NCBI GenBank assembly: GCA_951406725.2
Contig: OX597830.1
Span: forward strand, 14,818,001 to 14,882,000
DNA: 64,000 bases
Direction of reading: 5' to 3'
From: Octopus vulgaris
Lineage: Eukaryota
Part shown: one piece after another, positions 41,888 to 56,886 of the stretch
Layout: the number at the start of each line of letters is the position of its first letter
How positions within the stretch are numbered: position 1 is the first letter of the stretch
Position numbers and translations under genes: made by a program
The notes under the pieces: model-generated
What the model saw: only the letters and a program-made list of their open reading frames with translations
Told to the model about the DNA's origin: nothing
Database searches by the model: none

Positions 41888-42021
<134 letters not shown>

Positions 42022-42211
42022 GTTATCAAATTAATGTAAATAATTCAGAAACCATTACACATAGAAGTTTACGATGTATGTTGTCCATGTGTATGTATGA
42101 TATGTGTACAGGGTCGTCTTACATATATATTATAAATATATATATATATCCATATATGTATATGTATATATATTTATATAATATATATGTATATTTATAT
42201 ATTTATACATG

Positions 42212-42250
<39 letters not shown>

Positions 42251-42251
42251 G

Positions 42252-42282
<31 letters not shown>

Positions 42283-42785
42283 ATATATATATATGCATAT
42301 ATAAGTTTGTATATATGTCTGTATTTATGTATATATGTGCGTGTGTCTTCATACATATAAATATAATTTTGCCTTCTTTCTGACATCTATCTTATATGGA
42401 TACATGCAAAACTATATTTGTGTATGCACGCGCGTTTGTGTGCATGTGTGTGTGCTCGCGCTCTGTATCTGTATACATATATATCCACATATTGAGTGAC
42501 ACACCTATCACCATCACGCCCTCGATTCGTATTTTATAAGTGCATACACATATACATACATATATGCATGTGCGTATCCAAAGTTACACAATCACAAACA
42601 CTCATTTATACATATATACATATGTACACAAACACATACATATGTAGGTGTATATATTTAATTATATATGTATATATATATATATGTTTTAATGAATATA
42701 TGTACATACCTGTATGTGTACGTGTATATGTATATGTATGTGTACTAATATTTACACATACATATATATATATAAATATATATAT

Positions 42786-42820
<35 letters not shown>

Positions 42821-43324
42821 TATATATACACACATAAATATAAATGTATGTACGCATATATATATATATGTGTGTGTGTGTGTGTATAATATATGTATAT
42901 ATATATATATACATATGCATTATATATGTATATATATGTGTGTATATATATGTATGTATGCACGTGTGTATGTTTATAAAAACACATACAAATACTCACT
43001 GACACACACACACGTGCTCACACATACACATATATGATGCTGCATGCAGGAGGACGTGAATGCACGTGGAATGCGTTTTTGAGGTTCTCCTCCGTCCTAA
43101 ATTGATCTGGATTTAAGTCCCTATCTCGATGGTTGCAGTCAATTTCCACCGCCATAAACGCTTATTCAGCATAAGACTAGAATAAGAGAACCAATTTTAT
43201 CCGTGAATAGGTATTCCACATGGTTGCATATATTATATATATATAAATATATATATTATATATATATATATAAATTTATATCGCGTGAATAGGTATTCCT
43301 ACATGTGTGTGTGCATATATATAT

Positions 43325-43384
<60 letters not shown>

Positions 43385-43385
43385 C

Positions 43386-43425
<40 letters not shown>

Positions 43426-43450
43426 CTATATCTATATATATCTACATATA

Positions 43451-43832
43451 TACTCTTTTACTCTTTTACTTGTTTCAGTCATTTGACTGCGGCCATGCTG
43501 GAGCACCGCCTTTAGTCGAGCAAATCGACCCCGGGACTTATTCTTTGTAAGCCCAGTACTTATTCTATCGGTCTCTTTTGCCGAACCGCTAGGTGACAGG
43601 GACGTAAACACGCCAGCATCGGTTGTCAAGCAATGCTATATATATATATCTATATACATGCACACATACATATATACATATATATATATATGCGACAGGC
43701 TTCTTTCAGTTTCTGTCTACCAAGTCCACTCACAAGACTTTCGGCTCTATAGGAGAAGACAGTCGCCAAAGGTCACACGCAGAACTATGTGATTTGGAAT
43801 CAAGCTTCCCACCACTGAACCATTCCTGCGCC
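43451..43832 (-). mobile_element. SINE family 2, near full length
   Basis: Matches 14810-15258. Confidence 0.85.
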
Positions 43833-44219
43833 TATATATATATTGTTTTGTTTGAGGGAAATCATACCGCTTTAATGCTTTAACATCTAATCTAGTCACC
43901 AGTACAATTTCCATTTATTTATTTATTTATTTATTATTTAATTATTAATTAATTTATTCATTCGTTTTAATATTTTCGTTGCTTTGGCAACCTTGTCACG
44001 GGTTGCAGAATGTAACGGAAATTTTTGTGTAAAAAGAAATTATAAATAATAAATGAATGAAAATTGAACCGGTAAGTGTGTTAGATATTGAGACATTAAA
44101 GCAGTATGGCCCTCCCCAGACAAAATTTGTTGCAACACACAAATCTACGCAAAGAATCTTGTAAACCAGATGCAATACACACACACACGCACACATACAC
44201 ATATATATATAGTATGCGA

Positions 44220-44488
<269 letters not shown>

Positions 44489-44493
44489 GCACC

Positions 44494-44745
44494 TTTTATT
44501 AAAGCTGAAAAATTCTCACAGAACTGTTACTGAGAGTTTCACGTTTCCGTTCGTGGGACTGCTTTGATAAATACAATGTAGGTATTTAATACAAGTGCCC
44601 GACGAACGGGAACGTGAAACTCTTAGTAACAGTTTTGTGATAATTTTGCAAATTTAATAAAATAAATATTACTCTAACTTTGGTAGTCGCGTACAATTTT
44701 TTCCACCTTGTATTGTACTCATGTACTCATCTCTGTGTGTTTGTG
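44494..44745 (+). mobile_element. Repeat family D with inverted arms and degenerate HHR (CCGACGA-acg-ggaa-cgt-GAAA-ctcttag-TA)
   Basis: Homologous to 55532-55757. Confidence 0.7.
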
Positions 44746-44748
44746 TGA

Positions 44749-44800
<52 letters not shown>

Positions 44801-45013
44801 CTCCAATAGACCACGAAGTCTGAAGCTTTTGAACCTTTTGAACTTTTCGTAACATTTTTATACTTTCTTAACTTGTTTGCACTTTCTGATTTTACTCTTC
44901 TGTCCGGCATTCGCCATGATAGATCGCTATCCACTACACATTCTTTATTTTCTCTCCTTGTTTCTTTCTGTGTTCCCTTCTGAGGAAGAGCGTCGGCTCG
45001 AAGTGTTAAAGAG

Positions 45014-45047
<34 letters not shown>

Positions 45048-45070
45048 CAAATACATGTATCTATAAATAT

Positions 45071-45129
<59 letters not shown>

Positions 45130-45275
45130 CTATAAATATATACAATATATATATATATATATAAATTTAAAATGAGGGTGAGAAATTAGATATTAATTTA
45201 ATTAACATCGGTTTCACACCAGTGGTCTAGCATAAAAAAATGAAGGTTCAGTAAAATTGTATTATATATATACAT

Positions 45276-45573
45276 TAGAGGGAAGCTACTATGTGGACAC
45301 CCATATGCTAGAAATAGATCTACTACGGTCTTACCACTAAGAAATGTTCTAAAGAAAAATACAGCAAAACAACCAAAACGTAATCGAGCTAGACAAAAGA
45401 AAAAGTAATAGAAATATGGATTATTCGTACTTATTTTTATTACTTTTTCTTTTGTCTGGCTCGATTACGTTTTGGTTGTTTTGCTAAATTTTTTCTTGAG
45501 AACATTTCTTAGTGGTAAGACCATAGCGGATCTATTTCTAGCATATGGGTGTCCACATAGTTGTTTTCCTCTA
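45276..45573. repeat. Long palindrome, ~141-bp arms with a 15-bp spacer
   Basis: 45276-45416 is the near-perfect reverse complement of 45432-45573. Confidence 0.9.
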
Positions 45574-45636
45574 TATATATATATATATATATATACACAT
45601 ACATACATACATACACACATCCATCCATCCATCCAT

Positions 45637-45686
<50 letters not shown>

Positions 45687-45867
45687 GTTGGCCTGCTCGC
45701 TTAGCCAGCGGGGTGGTATCGTTCGAAGGCTTTAAACAATGCGAACGCATTGTGACCAGCAATGTGTAGCAACATCTGATGGTCTGGTAGGTCACGTGAT
45801 CATGTGATATATACTAGTAGTAGATATACCCGACCTCGCTCAGGATTAAAATAGCATAGTTCTTGTA

Positions 45868-46075
45868 TTGTTTTATTTGTTTCAGTCATGTGACTGTGTC
45901 TATGGTGGAACATCTGCTTTGGTCGAAAAAATCGACCAAAGGATTTATTCTTTGTAAGTCTAGTACTTATTCTATCATACTCTTTTGCTGAACCGCTAAG
46001 TTATGGGAGCGTAAGCACACCCACATCGGTTGTCAAGCAACGGCGGGCTTACAAACACACACACGCACGCACACA
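45868..46075 (-). mobile_element. SINE family 2, 3' half
   Basis: tgtttcagtcatgtgactg...tagtacttattctatc...cggttgtcaagc. Confidence 0.75.
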
Positions 46076-46205
46076 AATATACACAAATATTCGATAGTCT
46101 TCTTTCTACACGCATATATATGTATATATACATATATACATACACACACAAACACACACATATATATATATACATATATATACGTACATATACATATATA
46201 TACCC

Positions 46206-46248
<43 letters not shown>

Positions 46249-46261
46249 AATATACATACAT

Positions 46262-46326
<65 letters not shown>

Positions 46327-46377
46327 TATACACACATAAATATGCGTATATATATATATATATACTTGCATATGCTG

Positions 46378-46411
<34 letters not shown>

Positions 46412-46804
46412 TAAATGAAGTATAAAGAATTCCTTGCCTTTGTCATAAGGTATCGAGATTGGGAGAATCAATCAAAGTTAAACCGTTTATTGTGGTCTTT
46501 TAGGTCCAAAATTAATTTACTGAGCCCTGTACTGTTACGTTTATTCCTATCCATAAATGTCGAGTAGTCATTAGAAATCCTTTTAGATAACTGTAAAGAA
46601 GTGCTTCTAATATTAAAAAAATACTTGATTATGAGTAGTTATTTTACATTGATATATAGAATGTTTAATTTTAGAGTTACTTGACATAAACTTGATTCTG
46701 TTGGAATTTATTTCAAATACAAAACTTGTTATTAATATGTATATCACAATACATATCCATCATTTTCTGTTAACATGGCTTTTTGGCGAGTTTCATTTCT
46801 CCAC

Positions 46805-46935
46805 TTCCCTGAAGACAGGATTACATTGTTTTACACCATTTTATTCCTTTGGAATAGTATCAGTGATATCTTCGAAACATGTGCCGGGAGTAAAAAAATT
46901 TGATTTACACCTGCGTTAAACTTCATTTATTCATT
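46805..46935 (+). mobile_element. HHR-bearing repeat; partial homolog at 17685-17790
   Basis: ttcc-CTGAAGA-...-c-GAAA-catgtg-CC-ggga; the 17728 copy retains GAAA-catatg-TC. Confidence 0.55.
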
Positions 46936-47091
46936 TATATATTATACAAAAAATTTCACATAAGCCCGAAGTTTTTACCTTTAAATACAAGGAATTACAA
47001 CCTTTTTACTTGTGTGATTTTTTTTTATATACCCTGGTAACTATTTATCTATTTTTTACGTATTAATTGTTAACAAGGGAAAAATACGCAC

Positions 47092-47139
<48 letters not shown>

Positions 47140-47165
47140 ATATATATATACATATATATATATAC

Positions 47166-47310
<145 letters not shown>

Positions 47311-47694
47311 ATGTATATATTTGTAATGTGTATAGGTACGTTGGGATGGTAAATATCTCAGCTGCTTTCTCTTGAAGCACATCTGCGTATTCCATTTTTA
47401 CAATTCGGTTTGTAATTGTTGTCGTTATTGTATGAGCTGCAAGATACATGTTAAAGTCGAACATTCTGGAAATACAGTTTGCAGTGTTATTGTATAACAA
47501 ACCACGAAGCTGGTAAACTTATTCATATTATTTATTCAGCATTACACTTGTTTCCTTTGCTCTAAACATAAATTACACAATAGATATGTAATAAATTTCT
47601 TATTAGAAATTCTTCTGACAGAGAACTTATATACATTGATAGTGTGTGTGTGTGTGTGTGTATGTGTGTGTGTGTATGTGTGTGTGTGTGTGTT

Positions 47695-47734
<40 letters not shown>

Positions 47735-47879
47735 TGTGTGTGTATGCCAGCCACAATTTGTGCGACCTTGGTGTAGCCAGAAAAATTGGAGAGTGGCTAT
47801 ACGACTTTATAAAAGATTGAAACCAGGTAATAATAGCTAAGAGAGCTACCTTCAAGAAGATGCAAATAATGAGTGATGA

Positions 47880-48465
47880 ATCTGAATGAAATGCAAACAG
47901 GATACACTGGCCCTGGAAGGATTGCAATCCCTGAATCAAAATCAGTGCGCGACCAAATAGTTTACATGAGTAATGATGCATCTTTCCAGGTGTATATTAT
48001 TGATTTGGCTATAAAATGCAGGCAGCTGACCGGATGGATCCTTAGAACTTTCTGGACGACAGAGCAGGAAATTAGGATGGTACACTGGAGGACACTTATC
48101 CCCAGCCGTTTAGACTACTGCTCTCAATTATGGTCACCACACAGTGTAAAATTAACGGTGGAACTCGAAATAATCCAGCGAATCTACATAAAGAAGATCG
48201 TCTCAATGCGACATGTCAGCTACTAGGAGAGGCTGCAAAAGTTAAGAATCTACTCCTAGGAACGAAGGTGGGAAAGATATACGGTGATAAACATCCGGAA
48301 AAACCTGGAAGGACATGTACCAGACTTTTGGCATCGAAAGTAACACAAGCAGCAGAACGGGACGGCCCTGCATAGTGCATAAGATCCCCAACATTGCCAT
48401 CGGGTTATAGCTTCGGTTTGAAGGGTCCTCTGCTCTTCAAATCCTTCCCCAAAATCCTTCAGGAG
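47880..48465 (+). mobile_element. CR1-like LINE ORF2 C-terminal fragment
   Basis: VRDQIVYMSND..F...GWILRTF...SRLDYCSQLWSP...LEIIQR...SY*ERLQKLRIYS*ERRWERY. Confidence 0.85.
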
Positions 48466-48709
48466 CACAAAGTGGTTTGGATTGGCAAATACTGTGAACG
48501 AGTCAGAAACAAAATGGGGGAAGTAAACTAAAATGTTTTACAATTTTTTTAATGAATATTTTCAGATATATATGGATGTATATTATTTTGAGTCCGTGTG
48601 CCTATGAAAGATTACTGTCACCTGAATTTTTACCTTATTATTTCTCTTTCTTATGTATGTATGTATGTATGTATGTATGTATGTATGTATGTATGTATTC
48701 ATGTATGTC

Positions 48710-48805
<96 letters not shown>

Positions 48806-48816
48806 TATATATGTAC

Positions 48817-48887
<71 letters not shown>

Positions 48888-50563
48888 CACATATGCATGT
48901 GTATATGTATGTATTCAATTAAAAATCAAAACTAATTTATACTCAATCTTTTCGTGAATCTCTCTTTACAATTATTTGACATTATTAAAATCTGTAGTTA
49001 GATTACATGCATATACAGCTGGAAAATATTTGGTATCAAAATGTCATTAAAACTGAGATGTTAACGTTTAAAATTAAGTATTAATCTCAAATATTAGTCA
49101 AAGATGCTGAGAATAACATTAATTGTGTAAGACTGTGTGTATATAGATGAATTAGAAACAAAGGGAAGAAGTAAAAGAAAGGGAATAATATGGAGCGATG
49201 GCAAAGAAGTAGATGTGTTGGATGCAATAAGCTTTATGGATTAAAGTAGTGTTTATTAAAGAGAAGTGGTAAAACTAATAACAAAAATTAGTTTACTTTA
49301 ATTGAGAAACTTGGGGGTTATATAGAGCTGAATACTTGAATAAGTAATGAGTAGAAACGAGGAAATTTTTTTTTCTTGCATTTGGTTTGAGAGTCAATGA
49401 CTATTGGAGAGCTTGTAAGAAGCAACAATAATTTTAGAAGAAGAAAAGAAATAAATGAGTGGAAATCGAACCGGTGAGTGTGTTAATTAATAAGTTATTA
49501 AAACAGAATGATTCTCCCCAGACACAATGATATATTTACTAGGATAAAGTATGAAGCATCAACAATATGGTTTTCGCTAAAAAAACTAAGTGATCGCACG
49601 GGAAACTGAAGAAAGAATAGAAGAGTGTTGAATAAATAAGGAAAGTAAAGCAGGACAAATGCTAAATATGTAAAAAAAAAAAGGAGACATCTTTATTTTC
49701 TTTATTTTTATTCATTGGTACAAGACCTCAAATTTAAAGATGTTTGAACAGACGTTGGTCGACACAAAAAAGAATAAAACGGGACAGAATTTGAGTCGGA
49801 ACGAGAATTTTTCCCGCAGGAAGGCTAAAGCTCTCCCTCTAGTTTTTATTCAATGTGACTGTACCCTATCTCATATACGTACCCTGCGATGTTTACAGGT
49901 TCCATGTGTCGCTCATATGATTCCGTATTTTTCTGATTTCGACACCTGAGTTTCCTTCCATTCACTAACCATCTTAAAACTTTGTACGGTATATAGTCTA
50001 TCGTGCCGCCAGGGTAGGAGAGGCTCACTGCAGAAAATGTTTGAGCAATCCACGTCTCTTTCGTCGTTTCCTTTTCGGTGAGACCGATTCGCGTGTTTTC
50101 AAACGCCCCCTAGGTTGGCAAAAGGTACAATTTTACTCTATCAGAGAATAAAACCAAATGTAAATAATAGCCGAGACAGTGCAGTTTAATTATGTTAGAA
50201 AGCAGTAGCGGTGATGGAACTGATGATGCGCTAATGGTGGAGGATACTGTATCGAAGTAGGTGCTAGGGGTTGAACGGCATGTCATAAAATTTGAAGAGC
50301 GTTGTGTTATGTAGGTGTGAATGTGTGTGTATGTGAGTGTGTGAGTGTGTGCTTATGTGTGCATATGCATTCGCACACACAAATATAGATTTAGATATTG
50401 ATATATGTTGTTTGCGTCTGTATGTGTGCGCATAGATATATACATAGATACGCAGAGGGAGAAAGAGGGAGGGAGAGAGAGAAAGAAAAGCAGATGGGGA
50501 TAGATAAATATTAATTGGCAGACAGACTGACAGGCAGATAGACAGACAGACAGATAGACGAAC

Positions 50564-50643
<80 letters not shown>

Positions 50644-50741
50644 TGATTGATTGATAGACAGCTAGATAGATAAGTAAATAGATAAAATATAATCTGATGC
50701 GGGTGTATATCACACACACACAGACACACATACATATATAG

Positions 50742-50799
<58 letters not shown>

Positions 50800-50910
50800 G
50801 CATAAATATTAATGTATATGCATATGCGTGTGTATATCTACACTTGTATGCCTACAAATACGCACACACAAACATATGTGTATATATATATATGTATATA
50901 TATATGTATG

Positions 50911-50944
<34 letters not shown>

Positions 50945-51368
50945 TGTATGTATGTATGTATGTATGTATGTATGTATGTATATGTATATGTATGTATGTA
51001 AATATAGAGAAAGGTATGTTATCTCTTTTAATGTTGTCTGCTTTCTAGAGAGAATATGTAAGCGAACGATACGATTTTGTTTGTCTTTTTTGTATGTCTC
51101 TGTGTAAATGTGTGTATGTGTGTGTTTGTGTATATGCGTCTATGTGTGTGTATGTGGGGGGTGTTTTTCAGTAATATAAAGTGTTGCAGATGGATAATAT
51201 TGATGTGATGACAATGTATTCCAGACTCTATGTTGCTTCACCTGTCATCTGTTATATAATATTATATATAGATATATTGATACGAGAGATATACATACAT
51301 ACATACATACATGCATACATATATATATATATATATATACATATATATATGTATATATATACATATAC

Positions 51369-51433
<65 letters not shown>

Positions 51434-51577
51434 CATATATATATATATGTATATGCCTATATAAGTGTAAATATAAAAAATATATATACATATGCATATA
51501 TTTACATATGACCCATATATCTATGTACATTTATGTACATATGTATGTGTATGTGCGTGTGTGTTTGTGTGTATGCT

Positions 51578-51634
<57 letters not shown>

Positions 51635-51750
51635 ATGCATATATATATATGTATATATATACATACATATGTATAGATATGCATATGTGTGTGTGTGTGT
51701 ATATGTATATTTATGCATATATATATATGCATATGTATATTTATATTTGT

Positions 51751-51793
<43 letters not shown>

Positions 51794-52206
51794 CATATAG
51801 ATGTATACATACATGCATACATGCATGCATACACATATACATATGCGGTAGTAATGTGTGTTATTGAAAAATTTAATATGCTATTCTACGATATATACAC
51901 TGTGATTAAGGATGTTACAAAGAAAAGTTAATAACAACTTTTAGAAAAAAAAAAGCATTAGAAACTTGTAGCTAAAGCTGTATGTAAACATTCTATTTTG
52001 CCTTACATTGTTTTATAGACCGAAATGAAAGATAGAAAAACTTAGTGTCATTTAACAATGAAAAATATGATAATACCGAAATATGGATCAATACATACAC
52101 ATTACATACATATATAATTACATGTATAGATGTTTTTATATGTATATATATAAATACCTACCTACCTACCTACCTACCTACCTACAAATACATATATATG
52201 TGTGTG

Positions 52207-52264
<58 letters not shown>

Positions 52265-53767
52265 AATTTATAAATATATATATACACATATATGTGAGTG
52301 TTTGTGTGTGTGTGTGTGTGTATGTGTGTGTTTAAATCTTTTTCTAATATTTAATATACCGCTTCTTTTTATCTAAGTTTTGCATTGTCTGAATCGCTAA
52401 AGCAATGTTTTCTGTTTTAAAATCCTTAAAAAAAAAAAGTACATTTGATGACTCTAAAATATAATTATCTCTTCTTTATTTTTTTATTTCTTTGATTGGA
52501 AAACAAATAAAACGCATGTTTTAGTTTTTCCACGTTTTTATGAACAAATGTTGTATGGCAGACACTCATGAAAGAGCGAGAAGCATGACAATAAAAACTG
52601 TTTCTAATAGATGCATTATGATTGTAAAGGAATTTCTAAAACTATAAGGATAAAATAAACAAAGATGGTGGGGGTTGTTGTCCTCCCCCACCCATGGAAA
52701 AAATACTTAAAACGATCAAAGTCATGCATAAAATCAAATAATTGTTAAAACTGAAAATAACATTTCTCCTTTTTTTTAAAATCAAAATAAAATGCAGAGA
52801 ATATCATTGGAACAAACTAAAAATATGTGATAAGATCCTTAAAAGCTGTATTGAACTAAATATACATACATTTTTTATGACATCCGTGACGTTAAAGTTG
52901 TGATTATATATATTAAGCCTACTGCACAAGGCTGTGTTTCAAAAAAAAAATAATATATACAGAAAATATACAATAATATATCAAGCTATCAGTATCAGTA
53001 ATAAAATGAAGAGGAAAAAAATGTTGCCTGCTTTTTTTGTAGGGTGGGGGGAGAATTTAGTTGTCGTTGTTATTGTTGTTCTGTTCTCTGTTGTTTAATG
53101 TTTTTGCTTTTTTCAGAAAGATTACTGATTTTCTGATAAAAAAAAATCATCTATGCAATGGGAATCAAAGATGATTTCAAAAATATGAAGATAACCTCCC
53201 AGAGAAATATAATAGCATTTATGTGCTTCTATTAGTTTTTATCATTTGTTCTATAGACTGTTGTGTAAATTTCTATATTATATATAAATGTACAGTCTGA
53301 ATAGAGGATACGCGCATTGCTTCATAAATATTGTTAGCAGTTATCCTTCAAACTTGTCAATATATTGGCACAGTAATTTTCTTTTTGTGAAGAACATTTG
53401 GTTGGTCATAAAATGGAGATGTAATAGATAATTAGTAATGGTTTATTGTTCCGAGTTTAAACCTCGTTGAAACCGACTAACGTTTTGATTTTCATTCAAA
53501 TTGAATTAAATATATTGACAACAATAGAAGCTCGGGCTGAAATATACCGTGTGTTCAGTTAATTTATCAATGATGACGTGTACCACATTACCACAAACCT
53601 GCCAGACTAGATTTCACGGTGTAAAGCATTTAAAAAAGTAACAACTAGAACTTCTTTTCATGTATTATCACTAAAATAAGTAATTATCTTCTAAATTTCA
53701 CTTTCATAAATGTTTCACTTTGTAAAATAAATACATCATACAGATAAGTTTAGTTAATCATAAAAAC

Positions 53768-54015
53768 AATTCCTAATATAAGCACAAGGCCAATAATTCC
53801 CGTTGCTGCGTAGCAGACCATGGTCTGGGTAGCAGACCATGGTCTGGGTAGCAGACCATGATGCTAACTCAGTATTTGGCTGGTATTTTGTTTTATCGAC
53901 ACCTGAAGGATGAGGCAAAGGTGAGCTTGGCAAAAACTCTACGCAGAATGTAAAGAGATATAACACTACGAGGTGTTTTGTCTTAAATTCTATCGATTTT
54001 GCCACTTACCTACCT
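53768..54015 (-). mobile_element. SINE family 1, degenerate, with an internal 19-bp tandem repeat (gtagcagaccatggtctgg)
   Basis: ttttatcgacacctgaaggatgaggcaaagg core; repeat at 53810-53859. Confidence 0.6.
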
Positions 54016-54198
54016 TCATATTAATGATATTGATTTCTTCCATAGGCACAAACAAAGTGACTTATAACGGCATTGCAGAAGAGGATGTATGTTTGCGCAC
54101 AATTATATACAATTAGCGGTTGGGATAAAACATAGATATAAAGACATTATGAACTGATAAATACACACAAATTACACCGAATTAGGAATAAATATATA

Positions 54199-54233
<35 letters not shown>

Positions 54234-54274
54234 TGTACATACACACACGCACACACACACATATATATATATAT

Positions 54275-54319
<45 letters not shown>

Positions 54320-54435
54320 GACAGACAGACAGACAGACAGAGACAGAGTGAAAGATAGAGATGACAAAAGTAAATAGACACCCTTATAATCATTAAAATT
54401 TATTTAAATCTGAAATTATATAATGTGAATATTTG

Positions 54436-55015
54436 ATATTTAGTAGACATGCCCTTTTCACTTTTCAATGCAGGGACCCTATAAGGCATGTTACTGATCA
54501 GATGACGAATATTCTCTTGCGGGATTTATTGCCAAGTTTCATGCAGTAATCTCAAAAAATTTGGCTTTGAAGATTTTTTTTTGTTCTTTTTATGAAGTTC
54601 CCTGTCCATTATGCCCCAGAGGTGTTCAACAGGATTCATATCTGGTGACTGGCTTGGCCATGGAAGCCTTTTAATGCCATTCTCATCCAACAAATTTCGG
54701 GTCATTTTAGTCTTCTTTAATCATTTCACCATTGGAGACGATTGGAAAAAATCCTTTCTGCAATATGGACACATATTTATCTGAGTTTCTGTTTCCATCA
54801 CACTCAAACAGCTCTGGTTGACCATTGCTCCAAGTTGCTCCGCAGACCTTTGCAGAATAGTTGCCTTGTTTCATTGTTGGCAGCAATGTTTCCATGCCAA
54901 ATTCTCGACCACAGTCAGAAAATACGGCAAATCTGGACTCATCAGAGAATGGGATAGTTTCCCAAAAATGCTTGCGGCCAATCCATCATCTGACTGGCAC
55001 CAAATTTTCTTCACT
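54436..55015 (-). pseudogene. Decayed Tc1 transposase (DD34E type)
   Basis: FSDESRF, VCGATW, WPSQSPDMNPVEHLW, IPQENIRHLISNMPYRV...KGMSTKY. Confidence 0.88.
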
Positions 55016-55037
55016 TAATATTGGTTGGTTATATATA

Positions 55038-55387
55038 TTTACTCTTTTACTCTTTTATACGTTTCACTCATTTGACTACGACCATGCTGGAGCATACCTT
55101 TAGTCGAATAAATCGACTCTAGGACTTATTCTTTGTACCGAACCGCATAAATATACCAACATCGGTTGTCAAGCGATTGTGGGGAGACCAAACACACACA
55201 CAAATATATATACATATATATATATACGACAAGCTTCTTTCAGTTTCTGTCTACCAAATCCACTCACAAGGCTTTGGTCGGCCCGAGGCTATAGTAGAAG
55301 ACACTTGCTCTAGTTGCCACACAGTGGGACTGAACCCGGAACCATATGGTTGGGAAGCAAGCTTCTTACTATGCAGCCACGCCTGCA
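55038..55387 (-). mobile_element. SINE family 2
   Basis: Matches 14810-15258. Confidence 0.85.
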
Positions 55388-55416
55388 CTATATATGTGTG
55401 TGTGCATACGTATACG

Positions 55417-55474
<58 letters not shown>

Positions 55475-55486
55475 TGAGTGTATATA

Positions 55487-55525
<39 letters not shown>

Positions 55526-55531
55526 TATTTC

Positions 55532-55757
55532 TATTTTAAGCAGCAGAAAATTCAACAAAATCTGTTACTCTGAGTTTCTCGTGGCCGTTCATCAGACAGT
55601 TTTTGCTAGAATGTCTGATGAACGGCAACGAGAAACTCAGAGTAACAGATTTTGTTGAATTTTCTGCTGCTTAAAATAAAGCATATTACTCTACCACTGG
55701 TATTTGAGTACTCTTTTTTCCACCTTGTTTCACATTTATGTGTTTACTCCGGTATAT
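55532..55757 (+). mobile_element. Repeat family D: 67-bp inverted arms, each containing an HHR
   Basis: Arms 55532-55598 / 55612-55678 with one mismatch; tgt-CTGATGA-acg-gcaa-cga-GAAA-ctcagag-TA-aca. Confidence 0.8.
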
Positions 55758-56149
55758 CATATTTCTATATATATGCGAGAGACAGAGACAGACAGACAGA
55801 GAATAATGCATACAGACAGACAGAGAACTATGCAGACAGACACAAATGATATAAATATGCGTAACCCTCCCGCACATGTGAGAGCAGAGCGCACCCCAAC
55901 TCCGATAACCTTCCCCTTTGGAAATGGTCCAAGGAAGTTTTTAATGTAGACTGCCATTTTACTGCTCCCCAGAAGTCTGTCACTGAAGATTTCCATAAAA
56001 TCAATGCTCATCACCTCTTCAGTCAACACTCACCACCCATCTCCTTCCTTCAGTTTGTTCAGTAGTTCCGTCAGCTTTTTGTTGATTATTCAAACAACTA
56101 TAAACACCTACCTCTCCATAGGCCGCTAATTATTTCGTTTTACTTCAAT

Positions 56150-56585
56150 ACTTATCACTCGCCCATAGTATACGACACAGACCATAACGAGACAGAAGCC
56201 AACTTCAAAATCAATGTCCCACGCCGTGACACTTGTATTCCGTTTCCCAACATACCAGACTGTTTGCATATATGTATTGCAAGAACCAGTCGTCTACGCA
56301 TTTTATTAAAGACGAACCACCTGTTTATGACCTGCCAAAATCGAGACATTGGTTAGGATTTATTTCAGCAGTTATTTTCCAAACATATGGGACCCCTGAC
56401 TCCGTTTGTGTTAAGTCGGAATCATGTTACTTCCTCCTTTACCTAGTCCTAGATGTAAGCATCACGCACGAAGAATTTGTCTCTTGTAACATACCCTTCC
56501 TGTCTTCATATTTTCTTGAGCCCTCCTCTATTAAGTACTTCTTATAAGCAATCTTAGCAAAGTTGTTGGTATTTTTCTCAGCTTT
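56150..56585 (-). mobile_element. Possible second Penelope-like RT N-terminal remnant
   Basis: AEKNTNNFAKIAYKKYLIE resembles PLE ADK.SNN....CKKYY; VPYVWK and RFWQVINR give weak support. Confidence 0.4.
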
Positions 56586-56624
56586 ATTAATAATAGATTT
56601 CCTTTTTTAAAAAAAATTATTATA

Positions 56625-56791
56625 GGCGCAGGCGTGACTGCATGGTAAGAAGCTTGCTTCCCAGCCAACCACATGATTCCGGGTTCAATCACACTGCGTG
56701 ACACCTTGGGAAAGTGTCTTCTACTATAGCCTCGGGTGAACCAAAGCGTTGTGAATGGGTTTGGCAGACGGAAACTGAAAGGAGCCTATCG
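56625..56791 (+). mobile_element. SINE family 2 head
   Basis: ggcgcaggcgtgactgcatggtaagaagcttg...gacggaaactgaaaggagcc. Confidence 0.85.
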
Positions 56792-56800
56792 TGTATATAT

Positions 56801-56884
<84 letters not shown>

Positions 56885-56886
<2 letters not shown>

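Noticed and set aside
45812-45850. Helentron-like terminus (actag...acccgacctcgctcagg)
   Set aside because: No matching other end found
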